A stretch of DNA of 64,000 nucleotides. Source: Escherichia phage S143_2. Below are positions 57,538 to 64,000 of this stretch, in pieces. The stretch lies in sequence record MZ189261.1. One strand, 5' to 3'. Under the pieces are notes generated by a model that was given only the letters and a program-made list of their open reading frames with translations, ran no database searches and was not told where the DNA came from. The translations under genes and the position numbers were made by a program. Each line of letters opens with the position of its first letter. Within the stretch, counting starts at the first letter, position 1.

Positions 57538-58410
57538 ATGGCATTTTTTAAGCAAACTCCTAAACAATTAATCGATACCGGCGAAATTGGTAATGCCTCA
57601 ACAGGTGATATCTTATTCGACGGTGGTAATAAAATAAATGACGATATCAACGCTATTTACAATGCATTTGGCGATCAACGTAAAATGGCCGTAGCAGATG
57701 GAACCGGACCTACAGGTCAAACTATTCATGCCACAGGTTATTATCAAAAAGGAAAGGCGGTCGATTATCAAACTCCTATTAAACCAGGCACTATGCATGA
57801 TATTGATGCTTCTGACGGTGGTGTGATTGTTATTATTGACCGTCCTGAATTAGGTGACTCTGTAGAATTCATAAACTCTAATGGGTCTATTTCTGTTAAC
57901 AATCCTTTAAGTATCCAAGTAACCGATGGTTCGATTAAAGGTGTTCTTAATAATCTTGTTATTTCCACCCCTTATACTCATGTTGTTCTTCGTTGTGTTG
58001 AACTTAATGGGCAGACTTCAGTATGGAATTATTCTACTGATAGCATGTTTGGGCAGAAAGAATCTCCTGTCGATGGGACTTGGAGTCTTACAGGAAACAC
58101 AGTTTCTATTCCTCTGTTTTATCGCACAGATTATAACATGGCTAAATTGCTTGTTACATGTCAATCCGCTGACGGTAGAAAAATAAAAACATGTGAAATA
58201 AATATTCTAATAGATACAATTAACTCAGAAGTTCTTTCTACCGAATTTGCAGTAATGCGAGTTGGTAATGTAGATGAAACCGACGAGATTGCTAATATTA
58301 GCTTTAGTATTATTAACAACTTTGCTACTATGACGATTACATCCGATATTATTGGATTACGTTCGGCAGTTAAAATTATCTCAACTCAGAAAATTGGGGT
58401 CGCTCAATAA
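57538..58410 (+). CDS. 9: baseplate wedge tail-fibre connector gp9
   Basis: 290 aa (T4 gp9 288 aa); synteny. Confidence 0.95.
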   Translation: MAFFKQTPKQLIDTGEIGNASTGDILFDGGNKINDDINAIYNAFGDQRKMAVADGTGPTGQTIHATGYYQKGKAVDYQTPIKPGTMHDIDASDGGVIVIIDRPELGDSVEFINSNGSISVNNPLSIQVTDGSIKGVLNNLVISTPYTHVVLRCVELNGQTSVWNYSTDSMFGQKESPVDGTWSLTGNTVSIPLFYRTDYNMAKLLVTCQSADGRKIKTCEINILIDTINSEVLSTEFAVMRVGNVDETDEIANISFSIINNFATMTITSDIIGLRSAVKIISTQKIGVAQ

Positions 58411-60215
58411 TGAAACAAAATATTAAAATTGGTAACGTCGTTGATGACGGACAAGGCGATTACCTTCGTCGAGGTGGCGAAAAAATAAATGAGAACTTTG
58501 ACGAAATCTATTATGAATTAGGTGATGGTGAAGTTCCTTATGCCGCTGGTGCATGGAAGACTTATGATGCGGCTGATGGTCTTAATCTTAAGGCTGCTTG
58601 GGGTAAATCTTATGCAATTAATACTACTTCTGGGCGAGTTTCGGTAAATCTTCCTAAAGGGACAATTGCAGACTATAATAAAGTTATTCGTGCCCGTGAC
58701 GTATTTGCAACTTGGAACATTAACCCTGTTACTTTAATTCCGGCAAACGGAGACACGATTAAAGGTTCTTCATCTCCGGTGGAAATTAACGTTCAGTTCT
58801 CTGATTTAGAATTAGTTTATTGTGCTCCTGGACGTTGGGAATACATCAAGAACAAACAAATTGACAAAATAGTTAGCTCTGACATTAGTAACGTTGCTCG
58901 TAGAGAATATCTGGTTGAAACCCAAGGTCAGACCGATTTCATGGATGTTTTTAACGGGACCTCTTATAACGTTAACAACATTCGCGTAAAACATCGTGGC
59001 AACGAATTGTACTATGGTGATGTATTCAGTGATAACAGTGATTTTGGTTCTCCAGGCGCTAATCCTGGTGAACTGGTTGCACTTGATGGATTTAATATTA
59101 GATTACGCCAACCATGTAATGTTGGCGACACTGTACAAATTGAGACATTCTTAGATGGTGTTTCTCAGTGGCGTAGTTCATATACTCGTCGCCAAGTTCG
59201 CATTTTAGATAGTAAATTGACTGCTAAAAAATCTATTGACGGAAGTATTTACGTCACTGATTTGAGTACGTTCCGGTCTATTCCATTTACAGCATTTGGT
59301 ATTAATCCTACGGAACCACCTAACCCTAATTCGTTAGAAGTTCGCTTCAATGGTATTCTCCAAGAATTAGCTGGTACTGTTGGAACTCCTATTTTCCGTT
59401 GTGAAGGTGTGGATGCTGATTCTGAAGAGTCATGCGCTAATCTCGGTGGGACATGGACTCAATCATATACAGATTATGCGATTGAATATACTGATAATAT
59501 CCCTAGCGCAATTCTGTTTGACCGTCAATTTGAAGACCAAGACATTATTACCATCACATGGTTTAATAACGATTTAGGAACTCTTCTTGAAATGGACGAA
59601 ATCCTTGATGTCGCTGATGAGAAATATGTTTCTCAAGGGTCTAACATTGAAATTACTGGTGACGTTGCATTAACCGATTTCGATAAAATTGGATGGCCTA
59701 ATGTAGAACCTGTTCCTAAGTATGAACGTGAATTCTCGACTATCTCAGCAATATTTGATACAATTTATCCTGTCGGGACTATTTACGAAAATGCGGTTAA
59801 CCCTAATAATCCGGCCACTTATTTAGGTTTTGGTTCGTGGAAAATTTGGGGACAAGGCAAAGTATTAGCAGGTTGGAATGACGACGAGTCGGATCCTAAT
59901 TTTGCATTAAATAATAATGACCTTGACGTCAATGGTAACCCTACTCATACCGCAGGTGGGACCGTTGGTGTAACAACCATCACATTAGAAAATGCTGATT
60001 TACCAGCTACACAAACCGATGAAAAGGTTCTTATTTCTGATGATAATGGTACAGTAATTATAGGCGGTTGTCAATATGACCCAGATGAAGAAGGTCCTAT
60101 TTACACTAAATATCGTGAAGACCATGCAAAGACTAATGGATCTCATGTTCCAGCGCGTTCTATAACTAATATTCAGCCATCTATAACTGTATACCGTTGG
60201 GTAAGGATTGCATAA
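58410..60215 (+). CDS. 10: baseplate wedge/short-fibre attachment gp10
   Basis: 601 aa (T4 gp10 602 aa). Confidence 0.95.
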   Translation: MKQNIKIGNVVDDGQGDYLRRGGEKINENFDEIYYELGDGEVPYAAGAWKTYDAADGLNLKAAWGKSYAINTTSGRVSVNLPKGTIADYNKVIRARDVFATWNINPVTLIPANGDTIKGSSSPVEINVQFSDLELVYCAPGRWEYIKNKQIDKIVSSDISNVARREYLVETQGQTDFMDVFNGTSYNVNNIRVKHRGNELYYGDVFSDNSDFGSPGANPGELVALDGFNIRLRQPCNVGDTVQIETFLDGVSQWRSSYTRRQVRILDSKLTAKKSIDGSIYVTDLSTFRSIPFTAFGINPTEPPNPNSLEVRFNGILQELAGTVGTPIFRCEGVDADSEESCANLGGTWTQSYTDYAIEYTDNIPSAILFDRQFEDQDIITITWFNNDLGTLLEMDEILDVADEKYVSQGSNIEITGDVALTDFDKIGWPNVEPVPKYEREFSTISAIFDTIYPVGTIYENAVNPNNPATYLGFGSWKIWGQGKVLAGWNDDESDPNFALNNNDLDVNGNPTHTAGGTVGVTTITLENADLPATQTDEKVLISDDNGTVIIGGCQYDPDEEGPIYTKYREDHAKTNGSHVPARSITNIQPSITVYRWVRIA

Positions 60216-60874
60216 TGACTGTACTTAATACAAAGGCGGGAGTTATTTCCCGTCATGCTGATTTTTTGAATTACAGAAAAAATCCAGCTCAAATTGATGT
60301 TTTAAACAACCAAGCTGTAGGTTCCGTGACTATTTCTCAGTTAGCTCGCGGTTTTTATGATGCTAACGTAGAATCTGCAATAAACGATGTCCATAATATG
60401 GCACGAGCTGATATTGGTACTGTTGTCACAAACACTTCAGGCGTATCGCCTGAAGGTACAGCACAAGTTGATTATTGGACTTTTTCTGGTGATGTTCTCG
60501 ACGATACTTTGGCCCCTGGAACGCCGGTCGTTATTAACGTATTTGGACTTGCTGTTAAAGCAACAATTGGTATGACTGATAACGAATTAACGGCACAAGT
60601 TCGTATAGCTTTACAAGAAGCCATTGCTAATCAAATCGCTATTTCTTCTTATAAAGACCATCCGACCGAAGGTAATAAACTTCAGGTGACATATTTAGAT
60701 AACCAACGTCATGTGTTGCCAACATATGCTTCGTTTGGTGTAACAATTTCGCAAGAAATTTTGTCTGAAGCAAAATCCGGATACGGAACATGGAATTTAT
60801 TGGGTGCCCAAACGGTTACTCTTGATAACCATAGCACTCCTACCGTTTTCTACCACTTTGTGAGAGCCTCATGA
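60215..60874 (+). CDS. 11: baseplate wedge protein gp11
   Basis: 219 aa from ATG 60215 ([18 protein letters not shown]...), matches T4 gp11; track start 60197 is TTG. Confidence 0.9.
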   Translation: MTVLNTKAGVISRHADFLNYRKNPAQIDVLNNQAVGSVTISQLARGFYDANVESAINDVHNMARADIGTVVTNTSGVSPEGTAQVDYWTFSGDVLDDTLAPGTPVVINVFGLAVKATIGMTDNELTAQVRIALQEAIANQIAISSYKDHPTEGNKLQVTYLDNQRHVLPTYASFGVTISQEILSEAKSGYGTWNLLGAQTVTLDNHSTPTVFYHFVRAS

Positions 60875-62454
60875 GTAATAACAATACATACCAACACGTT
60901 TCAAACGAATCCATTTACGTTGAATTCGACCCTACGGGGTCGAATTTTCCAGATACAGTCACTAATGTCCAAGCCGCATTAGCTGCTATTTCTCCTTCAG
61001 GTGTTAATGGTGTACCGGAAGCAACAACTACTACACCAGGAATTATTCAAATAGCTACTCCACAAGAAGTTATTGATGGATTAGATAATAGTAAAGCTGT
61101 TACTCCGGCAACACTGAATGCTCGTCTACAATATCCTAATGCAACCGAAACTCAATATGGCTTAACTCGTTATGCGACTGAAGATGAAGCAGTAACCGGA
61201 GCTATTGACGATGCATCAATTACTCCGCTTAAATTAAATCAAAAAATAGACAATGTATTTCAGACAAAAGTGTCGACAGAAGCAACAAATGGTGTAATTA
61301 AAATTTCAACTTCTGCCGCGGCATTAGCTGGTTCTGACGATACAACGGCAATGACTCCGTTAAAAACGCAACAATTAGCAATTAAACTTATTTCGCAAAT
61401 TGCTCCAAATAATAGTGACGCCACCGAATCTATTACAGGTGTTGTTCGTTTGGCTACAGTTGCTCAAGCACAACAAGGCACCCTGCGTGAAGGCTATGCA
61501 ATTTCACCTTATACCTTTATGAATTCAGTAGCATCAGAAACTAATAAAGGTGTCGTTAAACTAGGGACACAGACTGAAGTAAATAGTAACAACTCTTCAG
61601 TTGTAGTGACCGGCGCAACATTAAACGGACGTGGGGCTACAACTTCTTTACGTGGAGTTGTTCGTTTAACTACACAAGCCGGTAGCCAATCAGGTGGTGA
61701 TGGTTCTTCTGCCCTTGCTTGGAATGCTGATGTTATCCACCAACGAGGTGGACAAACTATTAATGGCACGCTTCGCATTAATAATACGTTGACGGTTGGT
61801 TCTGGTGGAGCTAATATAACTGGTAATGTCAATATGACCGGTGGTTATATTCAAGGCAATCGTATTGTGACTCAAAATGAATTAGACCGAATTCTTCCAG
61901 TTGGCGCTATTACAATGTGGGCTGCAGATAGTTTACCGAGTTCTGACTGGCGCTTCTGTCATGGTGGGACCGTTTCTGCTTCAGAATGCCCGGTATATGC
62001 TTCCAGAATTGGGACACGATATGGTGGTAGTTCTTCTAACCCAGGCTTGCCTGATATGCGTGGATTATTTGTTCGCGGCTCAGGTCGTGGTAACCATTTA
62101 ACTAACCCTAATGTTAATGGTAATGACCAATTCGGTAAGCCTCGTCTGGCGGTAGGTTGTACCGGTGGATATGTTGGTGAAGTGCAAAAACAACAGATGT
62201 CATATCATAAGCATGCTGGTGGTTTTGGTGAATATGACGATTCCGGTGCATTTGGTAATACTCGTCGTTCAAACTTTGTTGGTACTCGTAAAGGACTTGA
62301 CTGGGATAACCGTTCGTATTTTACTAACGAGGGATATGAAATTGATCCGGCGTCTCAGCGTAACTCTAGATATACCATGAATCGTCCAGAATTAATTGGA
62401 AATGAAACTCGCCCATGGAATATTTCTTTAAACTATATCATTAAGGTAAAATAA
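60871..62454 (+). CDS. 12: short tail fibre gp12
   Basis: 527 aa, same length as T4 gp12. Confidence 0.95.
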   Translation: MSNNNTYQHVSNESIYVEFDPTGSNFPDTVTNVQAALAAISPSGVNGVPEATTTTPGIIQIATPQEVIDGLDNSKAVTPATLNARLQYPNATETQYGLTRYATEDEAVTGAIDDASITPLKLNQKIDNVFQTKVSTEATNGVIKISTSAAALAGSDDTTAMTPLKTQQLAIKLISQIAPNNSDATESITGVVRLATVAQAQQGTLREGYAISPYTFMNSVASETNKGVVKLGTQTEVNSNNSSVVVTGATLNGRGATTSLRGVVRLTTQAGSQSGGDGSSALAWNADVIHQRGGQTINGTLRINNTLTVGSGGANITGNVNMTGGYIQGNRIVTQNELDRILPVGAITMWAADSLPSSDWRFCHGGTVSASECPVYASRIGTRYGGSSSNPGLPDMRGLFVRGSGRGNHLTNPNVNGNDQFGKPRLAVGCTGGYVGEVQKQQMSYHKHAGGFGEYDDSGAFGNTRRSNFVGTRKGLDWDNRSYFTNEGYEIDPASQRNSRYTMNRPELIGNETRPWNISLNYIIKVK

Positions 62455-63902
62455 TGACTGATATAACTCTGGTAGATTTACCATATGTTGACGGCCCGCC
62501 AGACGCGGGTCAGAGCCGTATTGAATGGATTAAAAACGATGAAGAAATAACAGGTGCTGACACAAAATACGGTTCTGAAGGTGTAATGAACCGTCCTATT
62601 GTTGAAGTTCAACGTAACGTAGAAGCGTTAGATGTTAATATTAAAACTATAGCATCTTCTTTGAATACGGCCAATGAAGATATCAAAGTTATTCAAGGTA
62701 TTTTAGATGTTTCCGGGGATGTTGATGCTCTTGCACAGATAGGCCAGAACACCCAAGATATCGATGTCATTAAAGTCACAGTTCAAACCCATGCTAGTGA
62801 ATTGAATGATTTGAATAAACATATTGATGCGAATACTGATGATATTGGCGTTTATAATCAGGAAACAGATTCAGTTTATAGAACTGTTCGTAACGACCTG
62901 CTTTGGATTAAAAATGAATTAGGACAATATACCGGTCAAGATATTAATGGGGTTCCTACTCCAGGAAATGATAGCACTGGTATGAAACGCCGTATTATGA
63001 CTAATAGCTCCGTGATTGTTGACCACGGTGTTCGATTAACTGATTTAGAAACTAAATTTGCTGATTCTGACGTCGGCTCTTTAACTAATGAAGTCGAACA
63101 CTTACGCGAAGAAATGGGGCCTCGCACTTCTTTCACTACTCCAGTATTTAGTCGTCTTTCCGGTATTGATTTAACTTTGTCGCGTCAAAATGCTGACTTA
63201 GATGGCATTAAACAGTCTATTGGGTATCCTAATACGACTTCTATTATTACTACAACTAATGCGAATAGTTCAGCAATAAACGACATTAATCTTGAGCTCA
63301 ATCAATCGGGTGGTATTAAACCTCGTTTGACCACAGTAGAAACTGCCATTGGCGCCGATGATTTGCCTACTACAATCCAAGGACGTATTAAACTCAATAC
63401 TGATGCTATCGGAGCATTGAACACTGTTGTCGGCTCTGATTCTTCGTCAGGATTGCGTTTTAATGTGTCATGGTTAAATAACGTAGTCGGTGTTGACGCT
63501 TCAGGTGGGAAACCGGAACCAGAAGGCTCTTTGCTTTATCGTACTAGAGCGCTTGAAGGATCTATCGGTGAGATGAGTAACGACATTCAGAACATTCAAA
63601 CTGATGTTGGGACTAATACCACAGGGGTTAAGGGTTCTGTAAACACATTAAATACTCTTATAAACGGCACCAACCCAAATGGTTCGACTGTTGAAGAACG
63701 TGGTATATTGCCTACAGTTAAAAGTCATGATACGACAATTAATGGTTTAACTTCTAGAATTGCTACTCTTGAAACTGATTTGGCCGCTGCAGAAGCTGAA
63801 ATCCAAACTCTTAAGGACGCTGGATATATTGAAGATGCTCCTTCAGACGGTAAATTCTATGTTCGCAAAGACGGTGCATGGGTTGAACTTCCTACAGCTT
63901 AA
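62454..63902 (+). CDS. wac: fibritin (whisker antigen control)
   Basis: 482 aa; coiled-coil repeats and C-terminal foldon GYIEDAPSDGKFYVRKDGAWVELPTA. Confidence 0.9.
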   Translation: MTDITLVDLPYVDGPPDAGQSRIEWIKNDEEITGADTKYGSEGVMNRPIVEVQRNVEALDVNIKTIASSLNTANEDIKVIQGILDVSGDVDALAQIGQNTQDIDVIKVTVQTHASELNDLNKHIDANTDDIGVYNQETDSVYRTVRNDLLWIKNELGQYTGQDINGVPTPGNDSTGMKRRIMTNSSVIVDHGVRLTDLETKFADSDVGSLTNEVEHLREEMGPRTSFTTPVFSRLSGIDLTLSRQNADLDGIKQSIGYPNTTSIITTTNANSSAINDINLELNQSGGIKPRLTTVETAIGADDLPTTIQGRIKLNTDAIGALNTVVGSDSSSGLRFNVSWLNNVVGVDASGGKPEPEGSLLYRTRALEGSIGEMSNDIQNIQTDVGTNTTGVKGSVNTLNTLINGTNPNGSTVEERGILPTVKSHDTTINGLTSRIATLETDLAAAEAEIQTLKDAGYIEDAPSDGKFYVRKDGAWVELPTA

Positions 63903-63908
63903 TGAAAA

Positions 63909-63922
63909 GGGCCTTCGGGCCC
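63909..63922 (+). other. stem-loop with UUCG tetraloop after wac (weak terminator)
   Basis: GGGCC-UUCG-GGCCC 7 nt after wac stop; no strong U-run. Confidence 0.45.
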
Positions 63923-63934
63923 TAAAGGATTTAT

Positions 63935-64000
63935 ATGTCAGGTTATAATGCACAAAACCCTAAAGAATTAAAGGATGTAATATTACGTCGTTTAGGCGCT
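63935..64000 (+). CDS. 13: neck protein gp13, N-terminal fragment (continues past window end)
   Basis: MSGYNAQNPKELKDVILRRLGA matches T4 gp13 N-terminus. Confidence 0.85.
   Translation, partial: MSGYNAQNPKELKDVILRRLGA

Overview
This window is a contiguous segment of a T4-like (T-even) coliphage genome. The gp43 N-terminus matches what I recall of the RB69 DNA polymerase, so it is probably RB69-like (Mosigvirus/Tequatrovirus-type) rather than T4 itself; that identification is from memory, not a search. Positions 1-48206 are transcribed on the minus strand: start of DNA polymerase gene 43, regA, clamp loader 62/44, clamp 45, rpbA, recombination nuclease 46/47, late sigma factor 55, an nrdH-like glutaredoxin, nrdG, intron-less nrdD, endonuclease VII (49), nrdC, a long run of small early genes, rI, tk, a macro-domain protein, a secreted SLT-type transglycosylase, regB, a GrcA-like glycyl-radical protein, internal-protein genes with capsid-targeting sequences interleaved with denV and lysozyme e, nudE, a hyperplastic block of small membrane proteins, a tight 10-tRNA cluster, 57B (Acb1-like), 57A, dNMP kinase (1), and genes 3, 2, 4. 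At 48207-48267 a divergent late-promoter region switches to the plus strand, which carries baseplate/tail genes 53, 5, 5.1, 5.4 (PAAR), 6, 7, 8, 9, 10, 11, 12, wac and the start of 13. I saw no CRISPR array, IS element, homing endonuclease or intron. The most interesting signals are: (i) eight or so genes carrying a capsid-targeting-sequence (MKTYxEFIxE) leader, (ii) a set of unrelated membrane proteins sharing a C-terminal ENFIKECR motif and a tandem trio ending in W-x-SS-x-x-C, (iii) two nucleotidyltransferase-fold proteins and a macro-domain protein, (iv) repeated promoter plus stem-loop modules, some of which pair the downstream Shine-Dalgarno with an upstream complement, and (v) a tRNA set with extra Tyr and Asn genes and no alpha-glucosyltransferase between genes 47 and 55. 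ORF starts come from the supplied track, which reports some TTG/GTG starts as M; I corrected starts only where I checked the codon.
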